DNA from: Acinetobacter phage HD01
Length of the DNA: 56,791 nucleotides
Sequence record: PQ437329.1
Direction: 5' to 3' (one strand)
The position numbers and the translations under genes are program-made. This document shows positions 36,955 to 46,565 of this stretch, piece by piece; position 1 is the stretch's first letter, and the number at the start of each line of letters is the position of its first letter. The notes under the pieces are model-generated. The model made no database searches. It was not told the origin of the DNA and worked only from the letters and a program-made list of their open reading frames with translations.

Positions 36955-37914
36955 CTACTCATTAACTAAGTCCACCGTATCACGGAACGTTAAGAATGTT
37001 GGGAAGCGAGGTTTATCTTTAACACCCTTTGGAAAGGTCTTAAATTTAAAAATCTGCCCAGTTAGTTCTTTACGTTGCTCAAAAAACTGTTTGCGTTCAA
37101 CTGCTGTTAGTTTTCCAGGCCCAACCTCTACGATGTCACCCTTGTTAAAAAGAATAACGTCTGTTATTGGGTCAAAAACGTCATCCACCAAACGCCCGAC
37201 AAGTGTACCGACTGTTCCGTTAGGGATCAAGTTTTCTTTGTGCGAACTCCGAAACTGTTTACCCAACTCGTTAATCTGCGCTTCATTGTTGTTGGTTACA
37301 CCTTCAACAATGTCAACCAACTCAGCTTCTGCGTCAATGAAGCGTTTAATACGCATATAAGACCCTTCACGAGCTGTAGCGCGACCCTGTTTAAATTTAC
37401 CATTCGGGTCACGTAAGATAACACCCTCGTAACCTTCTTGCAGATACATTAATTCAAGGTCTTCTAACTCCTCCATATTATGCACCAATACGCTAGGGAC
37501 AACGCGCAATCGTGACCACATGTGTTCAAGGTTAGGGTATTGCTTCAGAGCTTCTAAACGCTGTACAAGTGCGTTATAACGGTCTAAATAACCTTGTTCT
37601 TGTGTGAAAGGTGTAATGTAGTCAAACAGGTGCCAAAGGATATAGGGCGTACCTTGTCGCGTGGATAGTGCGCTACTGGTTAAGCGACATAAGTCAGGGT
37701 GAGTTGCAGCTTCATGAGCCATTTCGCCGTCAAACCCCTGAAATATTGGGTCGCTAAAAAACTCGGTTACATGGTAGTTCGCATGGAGTTTAAGACTGCG
37801 ACCTGTTAACGTACCTGTAAAATTTAAAGAGCGTACCCCATCAATTTTAGGCTGAACTAAGATTGGGAAGTTAATCTTTTTTAAGTTTGCATCGCAACAT
37901 AATGTAGGCTTCAT
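36955..37914 (-). CDS. ATP-dependent DNA ligase
   Basis: 319 aa with motif I KIDGVR (KxDG adenylation lysine), followed by OB-fold-size domains. Confidence 0.65.
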   Translation of the reverse strand: MKPTLCCDANLKKINFPILVQPKIDGVRSLNFTGTLTGRSLKLHANYHVTEFFSDPIFQGFDGEMAHEAATHPDLCRLTSSALSTRQGTPYILWHLFDYITPFTQEQGYLDRYNALVQRLEALKQYPNLEHMWSRLRVVPSVLVHNMEELEDLELMYLQEGYEGVILRDPNGKFKQGRATAREGSYMRIKRFIDAEAELVDIVEGVTNNNEAQINELGKQFRSSHKENLIPNGTVGTLVGRLVDDVFDPITDVILFNKGDIVEVGPGKLTAVERKQFFEQRKELTGQIFKFKTFPKGVKDKPRFPTFLTFRDTVDLVNE

Positions 37915-37956
37915 AATAACCTCTAAAAAGAGCAGGTTTTACCCTGCTCTTAACTA

Positions 37957-38706
37957 TTACTTAAATTGTCGGTGTGTACGGAAAGATTGCATTGCAGCAG
38001 GTAAATGCTGCTCAACTAGGTTTAGAATAGCATTACCGTATTCACGGTCTTCAATTTGTGCATGACCGTCAATCCGTAAGCTTAGGAAGTGCATAAGGTT
38101 ATGCAAGTCCATTTTCCAAAGCCAGATTGTATAATGGTTTAAACTTAGGAACATTCGAGCATGTTCTGGTGCAACACCTCGGAGCAGAGCATTCTGGTAA
38201 TAATCATATCCAAGCTTACAATGTTCATTAAGGGTATTTTTAAACAATTTTTGCTCGTTAATGTCAAGCGTATTCACTTGACCCTGTTTAATACCTGTTT
38301 CCTTGCTTGGTTTAGCACCAACAATTTCAGGAATGTACCAGTCAGCAGGGAGCGTGATATAACGACCACTAATTTCGTTAATGCTACCAGTACGGTGACG
38401 CACAAAATGACGAGCAACAAAAATTGGAAGTTTAATTTCGAACCACAATTCAATCATTTCAACTGGACTTGTGTGCCAGTGCGAAATAAGGTAGTTCATT
38501 AAGCGAATGTCGTCTTCGCGTGTACGGTCTTTGTTGCTTTCCGGCCCAAAGGAGTAGCGTGCAGCTTGTGCAATATCTACATCGTCTGCGTCAAAGGTTG
38601 CTTCGGGGCGACGTGTGGGCCCTGCCATATTTCTTAAAGCCACGTAACCTTTGTCTAAGACGTTTAGTGCAAAAGGTGCGTCGCCTTGATAATTTAAAGT
38701 ATTCAT
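37957..38706 (-). CDS. thyX: flavin-dependent thymidylate synthase ThyX
   Basis: 249 aa with the ThyX signature RHRTGSINEISGR (RHRxxSxxExSxR). Confidence 0.75.
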   Translation of the reverse strand: MNTLNYQGDAPFALNVLDKGYVALRNMAGPTRRPEATFDADDVDIAQAARYSFGPESNKDRTREDDIRLMNYLISHWHTSPVEMIELWFEIKLPIFVARHFVRHRTGSINEISGRYITLPADWYIPEIVGAKPSKETGIKQGQVNTLDINEQKLFKNTLNEHCKLGYDYYQNALLRGVAPEHARMFLSLNHYTIWLWKMDLHNLMHFLSLRIDGHAQIEDREYGNAILNLVEQHLPAAMQSFRTHRQFK

Positions 38707-39542
38707 TAAACAATTTGTCCAACTGGGTCAGGTTTAAAAGAAAGGGTCGTTTGGAACGTTGTTGTATTAACAACTGTTTCGGTTAATCCACCCTTGATGA
38801 AATACTGGTGCATAAGATTAGTTAATAAGCGAATACCAAGAGTATTATTTTCGAAGTTTTTCTGAACTGCTCCCATAATATCCGCTTCAGCTTGTTTACG
38901 GTCTACTTCTGGGAATAAGCGTAAGTAATGGTTAAAGAGCTCGCTGTTTTGTAAAGCTGCATACATGCTATTAATAGATAACTTTTCTAAATTATAAATT
39001 AAACCGACACGTCCAAGGAACTCGGTTTTAATACCAAAGCTTCGCAACTCGTCTAACGACAGGTTTTCTTGACCGTTGAAAGCACCTGCAAAGATGAATA
39101 ATATGTGGTCAATTTTAATATCTACATATTTACCATAATCACCAAAGACAGAAGTATTGCGCGACTCCAAAACTTTTAAAAATTCGTTCTGAACGCCATT
39201 GGTTGTTTCATGGGCAAGCTCGCTGTTTTGGTTACCGCTAATAAACAGTTTATCAAACTCGTCAATGAAGCAAATACCCAAGCCAGGACGCTGTCCAATT
39301 GGTGCAAGTGCTTTGGATAAGCTGTTTCCGCTTGTACCTTCTTTTGTTAATTGTGCAGCATTAATTTCAAAGAAGTTTAAACCAAACTCAGCGCACAGGG
39401 TTTGAATTGTGTGCGTTTTACCGCTACCACTTGGGCCAGTTAAAATAAAGTGAGGACGAATAGTCCCTTCAGTAGTACGGTAGATTTCCATAATACGACG
39501 TAAGTCGCGCTTAACTACTTCTTGTTCAGCAATTTGATTCAT
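38706..39542 (-). CDS. AAA+ ATPase, ClpX/HslU-like
   Basis: Walker A GPSGSGKT, Walker B CFIDEFDKL (cf. IDEIDKI). The segment after Walker A, NAAQLTKEGTSGNSLSKAL, parallels ClpX ADATTLTEAGYVGEDVENI. No zinc-binding N-domain. Confidence 0.5.
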   Translation of the reverse strand: MNQIAEQEVVKRDLRRIMEIYRTTEGTIRPHFILTGPSGSGKTHTIQTLCAEFGLNFFEINAAQLTKEGTSGNSLSKALAPIGQRPGLGICFIDEFDKLFISGNQNSELAHETTNGVQNEFLKVLESRNTSVFGDYGKYVDIKIDHILFIFAGAFNGQENLSLDELRSFGIKTEFLGRVGLIYNLEKLSINSMYAALQNSELFNHYLRLFPEVDRKQAEADIMGAVQKNFENNTLGIRLLTNLMHQYFIKGGLTETVVNTTTFQTTLSFKPDPVGQIV

Positions 39543-40023
39543 AAATTCTTCCTCGCGCTTCTTGTTGCGCTAGCTTTCTAAGCTTTTTCATTTCAGATTT
39601 AGCACGTTCATCACAAAGGTTATTTGTAATATAACGAGCCTGTCTAATGTTGGTGTGTCCCTTAACATGCTTATAACGTAAGGTTAAAGAGAATTGTAGC
39701 ATAACTTGATTCAGTCTACTAACAATTTCTTGCTCCATTTCAGATAACTTTAGGCGTTTAAATGTAAACGCATCTAATGCAGGTACACAGTTGGACTGAA
39801 TTAAGACAACATCCTGAACCTGCACAAGATTACTTTGACAAGCTTTGTACAAGGCTTTTACTATAGCCATCATTTCAGCTACTGTACTATTTTCAACCTT
39901 GTTACCCTTACCCAAAGGCCCACCGCCACCATCGCTTCCGCGGTCGCAGACTATCCAGTAGCCATAGCCTGCGACGTTATAATTAGGACAATAAGATGCG
40001 TCTGCAATTATTGTCACTAGCAT
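39526..40023 (-). CDS. RNase H-like protein
   Basis: 165 aa. N-terminal IIADASY....GYGYWI and a downstream conserved Glu fit RNase HI. Confidence 0.45.
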   Translation of the reverse strand: MLVTIIADASYCPNYNVAGYGYWIVCDRGSDGGGGPLGKGNKVENSTVAEMMAIVKALYKACQSNLVQVQDVVLIQSNCVPALDAFTFKRLKLSEMEQEIVSRLNQVMLQFSLTLRYKHVKGHTNIRQARYITNNLCDERAKSEMKKLRKLAQQEARGRIYESNC

Positions 40024-40024
40024 G

Positions 40025-40501
40025 TTATACCTGCACGTCTACAGGTTGAAAGTCAGGGTTGATACCAAGCTTTTTCGCTTCAGCCTTACTAAACTCAATC
40101 TTTAAGCTTGTAGAGCCTGGCTTAATTGTAAGCACTTGGTCAAACTTGTGACGCAAATCTTCAGGGAGTTTGCTGTATTCACTTTTAACAAGCTCTGGCT
40201 TGTTTTTAATAAGTGCTGAAACTGGTACACCCTGATTCTTCAAGTGTTCCCACATGGTTGTCAATACAGCAGGGTCAACAGTTCGTGTAATTGTGTGAGT
40301 ACCTTTCAGAACGTAACCATTGCCAAGACTATAGTTGTTAGTTCCTTCTTTAAGGTTAGCAGCAAACAAACCGCGAACAATACGGTCACGCATTAAGCCT
40401 TCCTTTTGTTTAAGGTCAGCTAACTGCTTTTGAAGCTCTTGCCATTGGGCAATGTCTGCGTTCGTAATTTCTACGTTAGGAATATCAACCATTTGCTTCA
40501 C
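40025..40501 (-). CDS. hypothetical protein
   Basis: 158-aa ORF, tightly packed between neighbours. Confidence 0.35.
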   Translation of the reverse strand: MKQMVDIPNVEITNADIAQWQELQKQLADLKQKEGLMRDRIVRGLFAANLKEGTNNYSLGNGYVLKGTHTITRTVDPAVLTTMWEHLKNQGVPVSALIKNKPELVKSEYSKLPEDLRHKFDQVLTIKPGSTSLKIEFSKAEAKKLGINPDFQPVDVQV

Positions 40502-41297
40502 CTGCTGTTTCCGGAGTGTTTACATTAGCTAACATCCAACCGCCACGCTGCAACTGACTTTCATAGGTGAAAGCTGTATGGTTAGCATAAATAATTTGAA
40601 CAGTACGCAACTTAGATTCATGCAAAGTTTGCACAACTGCAATTCCATTGTTCTTTTTAAATAGTTCACATTTATCTGCAGACTGTGCGTTAGCAGCAAT
40701 AGACAAATCAGCAACCGCAACAATGTCGTATAATGCATCTAATTGCATTTGAGCAATTTCAGCTTCGTTGTTGTTTTGCGAACTAATACTTAACAGGTAT
40801 TTTTGACCACATAGGGTTGACTCTTGCCCACCCATGAACGAACGTCCTTGGCTTTGTGCTACCGATTGCAATTCCTGAGCAGCATAAACGTCAACACCTG
40901 CTTTAAGAGTTTCTTTATCTTCGCGGTTGTTTGCAGCATCGTTAGAGTATGTTCCACCTTTATAACGGTGACCCAGTTTGTTGATATTTGCAACTAAAGT
41001 TTCTTCGCGTGTAAAACCTGTTATTTGACGGATGCGTTCCATGTAGAACTCCATGTCACCTAACTCTTCCAAAATGTTTTGGCGCAAGGTTTGACCGTCT
41101 TTTTGTACTTCGTCCAAGTCCTTTTCATAAATAACGTGACGTTTAACCGCATCCGCTAATTCAGCTGCTTCAATAGTTAAAGCGTCAGACATGTGGTACA
41201 GGTCACATTTTACAGGCGTTAAGCTTTTTAAGATTGCTTCACCTGGCTTAGCAAGAGCAGTAACCATTTCAGGGAATTGAATAGGTGTAAGATTCAT
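40485..41297 (-). CDS. MazG-like NTP pyrophosphohydrolase domain protein with unknown C-terminal domain
   Basis: N-terminal ELGDMEFYMERI is a MazG-type EExGD signature. 270 aa is about twice the size of a MazG domain. Confidence 0.4.
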   Translation of the reverse strand: MNLTPIQFPEMVTALAKPGEAILKSLTPVKCDLYHMSDALTIEAAELADAVKRHVIYEKDLDEVQKDGQTLRQNILEELGDMEFYMERIRQITGFTREETLVANINKLGHRYKGGTYSNDAANNREDKETLKAGVDVYAAQELQSVAQSQGRSFMGGQESTLCGQKYLLSISSQNNNEAEIAQMQLDALYDIVAVADLSIAANAQSADKCELFKKNNGIAVVQTLHESKLRTVQIIYANHTAFTYESQLQRGGWMLANVNTPETAGEANG

Positions 41298-41369
41298 AAG
41301 TCCTCCAGGACTGTAGGGTTGAAGTGTTAACGGTTGTTAGTATAACAGAACAACCGTTAATCTAAGTTA

Positions 41370-43862
41370 TTAGACGTCTTCTGGTAGTCTTAGAATTGCG
41401 TAAGCTTTACCATTGAACTTGAATGTTGTTCCACCTTTAGCATCGTTGTATTGACGCAAGTAACCTGAGTCAACTAAAGATTGCAAAGCAGTATCCAAAG
41501 CCACGCGAGAACCTGCTCGGTGTCTTGTAAACGCACTAACGCCCTGTATTTTAGAGTTCAAGTACCAACGCGGAACGACACCTGCTTCGTGCATTTCTTT
41601 TTTAAGGCGGTTGTTTAAGATGTGGTTAGTTGCACAATTATTCTTATTTCTAAGGTAATCGGCACAAATAGCCATAATTTTCTTCTCGCGAGTTGCGTCA
41701 CCTGTACCGATGTCACCCATAGAAATTCGAGCTTGCATCATCTTAATGTCGTTGTCTACAAGAGCTTTTGCCCATAAGACTTGTTCTTCATTAATAACAG
41801 GCTGCACCCAGTTATCCGCACATGCAAGCAAAGCAGATAAACGCATAACCTTTAACGATGCGCGGTTCCACATTTGTCGGATGCCTTCGTCTGTTGTACT
41901 GTTAATCTTGCTATCGCATAAGTTTTCGTATTCAAACATAAGTCTAGCAGCTTCAGCAGTACGACCAACAGCAACGTTCTGCCCTATGCCAATTAAATGC
42001 TTAACATGCTGAGCCAAGTCACCAATAGCGTCACCCAGTGCCTTAGTGGGCTCTAGAATAGGGTTTTGGTTTAATGGTGGACGGTCACCAGTATATTCAA
42101 CAATAGTAAAACGCGAAAGGAAACCATCTTCCATCATTGACTCGGTTAAACTGTCAAACAGTGTTCGCGGTGTAGTTTCACCAATCATACTGAACGCAAC
42201 CCCACTCACCGAAGCAATGTTGTTATCTTTGTTGGAATAGGTAATACCCCCAACAATGGATTGAGGTCCGGACTTTTGGTACAGGTTAGTCATAACGGTA
42301 CGCAATGTGGAATATCCGGAAGTATCGCGGTCATCCTGGCTCATTGCTTTAAGCTTGCGACCCCATTCGCCCGCAACGTTCACAACGCTAGGGGAAGCAA
42401 CAATCTTTTTAATTAAAGCAGGGCCGGAAGCATAGTCGTTAAAGTCAACAAAGTCCATAATACTTGGACAACGTGTTAAAGCTGCTTTACAAAGAGCAGA
42501 AATACCACTGTGCATGGCTTCTTTACCAACTGCAGAACGTGCAACCAAAATAATATAGACGTTCAAACCCGACTGAGGTATTGAGTACGCTTTACCGCAT
42601 AGTCCAGCTAGTAAACCAAGAGCAGCAACAATAGCAATTTCCCGAACAGGTCGGGGAGCACTATTATAAATAAAGGAAGCAATAGCACCACACATTCCAG
42701 GCGGCCAGGCGATGCCACCTTCGTGTTCTGGTGCAGGTGCAGTCACAGGGCCTGCAAGGGTAGCAACCGCTGAAGCAGGTTTAGGCATTTCATAGTCACC
42801 TACTCCGTCAATTGCGTGTAAAGCTGTAGGCATTGGGTTATTACCGTCGCTGAAGCGAACGGTGTTTCCGTTTCCCATTTCAATTTCTTGTAAGCGCGTT
42901 TGCTGAGCTAATTGTGCTGCTTCAAGCAATGCACTAGCGTCCACTTTATCTTCACGGTCTTGACGTCCGCGGATAATTCGCAACGTATAGTTTAAGTAAC
43001 GGTCATCCTTAACAGCTTTTTCACGTTTACCCAGTGCAGTCATACGGAACAAGCGTTTGCACTGTGCATTTGATTTACTGTAGAAAGTAAACATAGACAT
43101 TAAAGCAAGGTCTGCTTCGCTTTGACTTGGGAAACCAAACTGCTGCCAGCGACCCATGCAAAGCTCATTGAACTTTTGTCCGTTACCTGCACTCATAGCG
43201 CGGTCAATTACAACTTCATCGGGTTCATCTTCTTCAAGTTCTACAAGTTGGAAGCGTTCTGCTGCACCAGTGCCACGCATCTGCGAAACCATGTTGTCCA
43301 ATAGTGCTTGAGCTTCAACAATTGGTTTAGCTTCCAGGCGGTGACCTGTACAAATAATATAACGTTCTTGACTATATACTTCCACATGGTCGCGACGACA
43401 CCCAACACCAATATTCCCGCGAACCCAAATATGCAACCCTTTACCCGAACGCGATGTTTCCGTATAACTGTTAAACGCTTGCACCATTGCCCAATAACGA
43501 TCATATTGGTCTGGTGTAGTCCATTGGGATGCGTCTTTACAGTTAGTTGAGTCTTTAACGTCAAGGTCAATACAGGTAAATGGATCGTCCGCGCTAAGCA
43601 TATATCCAATACTATAACCCTGCTGCTTTATTTCAATACCATGTTTGTCTACATGTGTGGTAATAAGTTCGCGGTTATTCCAAGCAAACCAACAAGCGTC
43701 ATTGAATGTCATCCATGTTGCAGGGTCTGTTGACTTTGCACCAATAATCTTTCCGTTAATCATGCTAAGTGGCGCTTTATTAGCACCACTTACAACCCAT
43801 TGAGGACGCTCTTTTAACTCGTCCGGAATATTGCCCCAAGCAACACCAGTATTTTGAATCAT
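41370..43862 (-). CDS. DNA primase-polymerase / helicase
   Basis: 830 aa. N-terminal bifunctional prim-pol features (SRSGKGLHIW). Central P-loop-like ARSAVGKE and C-terminal DUF3987/D5-like region. Confidence 0.55.
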   Translation of the reverse strand: MIQNTGVAWGNIPDELKERPQWVVSGANKAPLSMINGKIIGAKSTDPATWMTFNDACWFAWNNRELITTHVDKHGIEIKQQGYSIGYMLSADDPFTCIDLDVKDSTNCKDASQWTTPDQYDRYWAMVQAFNSYTETSRSGKGLHIWVRGNIGVGCRRDHVEVYSQERYIICTGHRLEAKPIVEAQALLDNMVSQMRGTGAAERFQLVELEEDEPDEVVIDRAMSAGNGQKFNELCMGRWQQFGFPSQSEADLALMSMFTFYSKSNAQCKRLFRMTALGKREKAVKDDRYLNYTLRIIRGRQDREDKVDASALLEAAQLAQQTRLQEIEMGNGNTVRFSDGNNPMPTALHAIDGVGDYEMPKPASAVATLAGPVTAPAPEHEGGIAWPPGMCGAIASFIYNSAPRPVREIAIVAALGLLAGLCGKAYSIPQSGLNVYIILVARSAVGKEAMHSGISALCKAALTRCPSIMDFVDFNDYASGPALIKKIVASPSVVNVAGEWGRKLKAMSQDDRDTSGYSTLRTVMTNLYQKSGPQSIVGGITYSNKDNNIASVSGVAFSMIGETTPRTLFDSLTESMMEDGFLSRFTIVEYTGDRPPLNQNPILEPTKALGDAIGDLAQHVKHLIGIGQNVAVGRTAEAARLMFEYENLCDSKINSTTDEGIRQMWNRASLKVMRLSALLACADNWVQPVINEEQVLWAKALVDNDIKMMQARISMGDIGTGDATREKKIMAICADYLRNKNNCATNHILNNRLKKEMHEAGVVPRWYLNSKIQGVSAFTRHRAGSRVALDTALQSLVDSGYLRQYNDAKGGTTFKFNGKAYAILRLPEDV

Positions 43863-44263
43863 TGTTTACCCTTTCTAATATGTTCCAAAGCTTTTGCACG
43901 TTCTTCGTGAGCAGTATAAGCAAAAGTATAAGCGTCTTTAATTAACCCAGTGTTTACAGCAGACCAAGGACTAATATTACGATAATGGTAATAAGATAAT
44001 TTACCTGCTATAAAGGCATTCGCTAAACCATCTAATTCCGCAACGTACTGAGGGTCTAACTCAAGCTTTACCTCTTCAGACATCTTCATTTCCATAAGGG
44101 TTAATTCCATTTCACTAACGCCAAGGTCTTTAGCCTTAATAGTGTGTAACGTTTCACCAGTGTCGCGGTCAACTGCATCGGTACTTTGACAATGATAGCA
44201 GTTCTTACGTGCAGGGTACTCAAAGAACCATTTGCACTTATTACACTTAAAAACTCTTGTCAT
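43859..44263 (-). CDS. hypothetical zinc-ribbon protein
   Basis: 134 aa with N-terminal CNKC....CYHC. Start overlaps the upstream stop (TAATG). Confidence 0.35.
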   Translation of the reverse strand: MTRVFKCNKCKWFFEYPARKNCYHCQSTDAVDRDTGETLHTIKAKDLGVSEMELTLMEMKMSEEVKLELDPQYVAELDGLANAFIAGKLSYYHYRNISPWSAVNTGLIKDAYTFAYTAHEERAKALEHIRKGKQ

Positions 44264-44373
44264 TAGTTACTCCAAACTTCTTCAGAACCGCAGACAGGAC
44301 ATTGGTAGTTCTCAGCACTGTCCTCAGAAGACCAAGTTGTCCCACACTCTTCACATTGCAAATCTTCACCCAT
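44263..44373 (-). CDS. mini zinc-ribbon protein (36 aa)
   Basis: MGEDLQCEECGTTWSSEDSAENYQCPVCGSEEVWSN. RBS GAGGTG. TAATG overlaps at both ends. Not in the ORF track (<60 aa). Confidence 0.35.
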   Translation of the reverse strand: MGEDLQCEECGTTWSSEDSAENYQCPVCGSEEVWSN

Positions 44374-44501
44374 TAGTCCACCTCAATTGTGTCAATATCT
44401 GTACAACCGCAATCAGGGCATTCTACAGAAAGATCTTCATCTTCGTAACAAACCCATTCTTCACCGCATCCCATGCAGCGGAACTCAGTTTCAGCAGCCA
44501 T
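44373..44501 (-). CDS. mini zinc-ribbon protein (42 aa), paralogue of 44263-44373
   Basis: MAAETEFRCMGCGEEWVCYEDEDLSVECPDCGCTDIDTIEVD. Same CxxCG...W...ED...CPxCG architecture as its neighbour. TAATG overlap. Confidence 0.35.
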   Translation of the reverse strand: MAAETEFRCMGCGEEWVCYEDEDLSVECPDCGCTDIDTIEVD

Positions 44502-44736
44502 TTAATTCACCTCGACGTATTTGTAATGAATGTTTCCACTTTTCAAGGTTCTCTTTAATTTCAGCGCGAACCCAAATATAAGTCCCAGAACCGCGGATAA
44601 CAACTGGGTCAGGTAGAATACCCTTGCTTCGTGCATAAAGTAAAGACGCACGCGAAACCTGCAACTGATCGCAAATCTCGGAACCTGTAATGTAATGCGC
44701 ATCAAACGCTTCCTGATTTTGTGTAACTGTGGCCAT
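44491..44736 (-). CDS. HTH DNA-binding protein (excisionase/MerR-like fold)
   Basis: Start MATVTQ at 44736. ITGSEICDQLQVSRASLLYARSKGILP is a typical HTH. Confidence 0.4.
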   Translation of the reverse strand: MATVTQNQEAFDAHYITGSEICDQLQVSRASLLYARSKGILPDPVVIRGSGTYIWVRAEIKENLEKWKHSLQIRRGELNGC

Positions 44737-44775
44737 GTTAATGCTCCTATGTATGCGCAACATTATACACAAACT

Positions 44776-45399
44776 TTAAACATCCCCTTTAACAGGACGG
44801 CGAGGTTTTGGCTCAGCTTCCATCTTCTGCACCTCAATCCGCAATTGCAAAATTTCATTATTAAGCTCAGCAACAATACGTTCACGCTCAGCAACCTTTT
44901 GCTTCATCTTAGTACGCATGTCGCGGATTTTTTGTTTACGCTCGGAACATGCTTCTTCCCATGCGCGATAAGCGTTATTGAACTTTATTGTTTCAATGTC
45001 CTTTGTTGGGTCTACTGGGCGACCAACTGACCTTTTAACCACATTAGCTTTCGCATGTTCAGACTCACGTAAACCTTCCGCTTCTAAGTGAATGAATAAA
45101 TGCTTTTCAGTCAAAATTGGTGAACCAACGTGAGGGCTAAACGTACCATACAAACGAGGCAACCATTCAAGAATAAGATCGCTGTCTTCAGTGCTAAAGC
45201 TGCTGCCAATATATGTGACTGCTAATTTACCGTCAATTAATTTTGTATCAACAAAGTAGTCTTGAATTGTGCGTGCAGGTGCTTCGGTAACTTTAGTTTC
45301 CCCAGTGCCCAGTTGAGCAAGTAATTGGAACTCGGTTAAAGGTGTTTCAGCTTCGGTAGTTTGCTCAAAAAGAATTGCTTGTGGAAGTTGCGTTGACAT
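44776..45399 (-). CDS. hypothetical protein, promoter-proximal gene of the minus-strand block
   Basis: 207 aa. First gene downstream of the AT-rich divergent control region. Confidence 0.4.
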   Translation of the reverse strand: MSTQLPQAILFEQTTEAETPLTEFQLLAQLGTGETKVTEAPARTIQDYFVDTKLIDGKLAVTYIGSSFSTEDSDLILEWLPRLYGTFSPHVGSPILTEKHLFIHLEAEGLRESEHAKANVVKRSVGRPVDPTKDIETIKFNNAYRAWEEACSERKQKIRDMRTKMKQKVAERERIVAELNNEILQLRIEVQKMEAEPKPRRPVKGDV

Positions 45400-45639
45400 A
45401 CTAAACCCTTACAAAACGTAATTTAAAAGTTAAAACGCTAGTAGATTAACCTGATACAGCTAAACATGAATTTTCACGTTGTAAATGTAACAAAGTTTTT
45501 AATACAGCGAAAAATACAGTAAAAACTATAACACAAATAAAAATATTTAAAATTGCATCAGAGCATTTAGATGACTAGATACAAGAATGATAGTGTTTTA
45601 CGGTAGTTTCCCTAGTATATAAAAATAATTACCCTACCC

Positions 45640-45668
45640 CATATAAAAAAAAAATTTTTTTTATATAC
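45640..45668. promoter_or_regulatory. near-perfect A/T palindrome in divergent control region
   Basis: CCCCATATAAAAAAAAAATTTTTTTTATATAC, flanked by repeated TATATA(A/C)CC motifs. Confidence 0.4.
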
Positions 45669-45843
45669 TACCTAAATTATTTTGCCCTTTATATAAGGAC
45701 TGTAAAATACCGTAATAAACCAATAATTCCGAAGTACCCCTATTGAAAAATATTTTTTTTTCATATACCCCCCCTTTAATTGGCTTTATATCCCTTATAC
45801 CAGTTCGGTTATAAGTATATAAGTAAAACCAATATACAAATAT

Positions 45844-45872
45844 TTGCATCTATATCTAATTTTGAGTTATAT
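45844..45872 (+). promoter_or_regulatory. sigma70-like promoter for plus-strand small-gene block
   Basis: TTGCAT, 17-nt spacer, TTATAT. About 28 nt upstream of the first ATG (45900), which has RBS GGAGA. Confidence 0.45.
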
Positions 45873-45899
45873 TGTGCTTATATTCATTGGAGAACAAAT

Positions 45900-46160
45900 A
45901 TGAAAGCTAAATTCAACTTTAATACCCATCAGCTAGCAGCAGGTTCGCGCATTGTGAACGCTCACGGACGCACGCTGTACACTGTGGTTAAAGCTCTCAC
46001 TCCTGCATGGGAAACACCTGACAGCAATTATGAAAACGATTGCTTATGGGTGCAGGTAATTGACAACGAAGGTCAAGAGTGGGCTCAGCCTGTACAGTGG
46101 TTTAATGCTGTTATTGCTGTTAACGATGGGATGCACGTTATGCAGGGAGAAGCAGCATGA
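45900..46160 (+). CDS. hypothetical protein
   Basis: ATG at 45900 after GGAGAACAAAT; 86 aa. Confidence 0.45.
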   Translation: MKAKFNFNTHQLAAGSRIVNAHGRTLYTVVKALTPAWETPDSNYENDCLWVQVIDNEGQEWAQPVQWFNAVIAVNDGMHVMQGEAA

Positions 46161-46462
46161 TAACAATGCAATTCAAAGCACCAGTTGGCTACGGCGTCAA
46201 GAACAAGGTTTCACAACTGGTTTATATAACTAAACGTGATGCGGTATGGTGCAGCAGCCTCCCAGAAATACGTCAGCAGGTTGAAGCGACTCTTTGCGTA
46301 CCTGCTATAAGTCCAAGACAGTTAATGCGCGAAATTGAACTGGGTTACTTTAAGAACAAGCTTGTTATTGTGAGCGATGTTAATAAAGCTGACTGGAACA
46401 AGCTTAAACCCTTATTGGAAGCTAAAGAGCGCGAAGCCTGGCTTGTAAATATAGAGCTGTAA
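46157..46462 (+). CDS. hypothetical protein
   Basis: 101 aa, ATGA coupling. Confidence 0.45.
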   Translation: MITMQFKAPVGYGVKNKVSQLVYITKRDAVWCSSLPEIRQQVEATLCVPAISPRQLMREIELGYFKNKLVIVSDVNKADWNKLKPLLEAKEREAWLVNIEL

Positions 46463-46565
46463 ATAATTTAAACTTTTTAGACCTATTTGCTTGCATCTAG
46501 GTCTAAAGCTCTTTATAATACTTATATACCAAGCAATAAGGCTTGTAGATAAAAGGAAGACTTAA

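Noticed and set aside
45661-45849. 62-aa minus-strand ORF in the AT-rich control region
   Set aside because: Extremely AT-rich and low complexity, and overlaps promoter elements. Non-coding.
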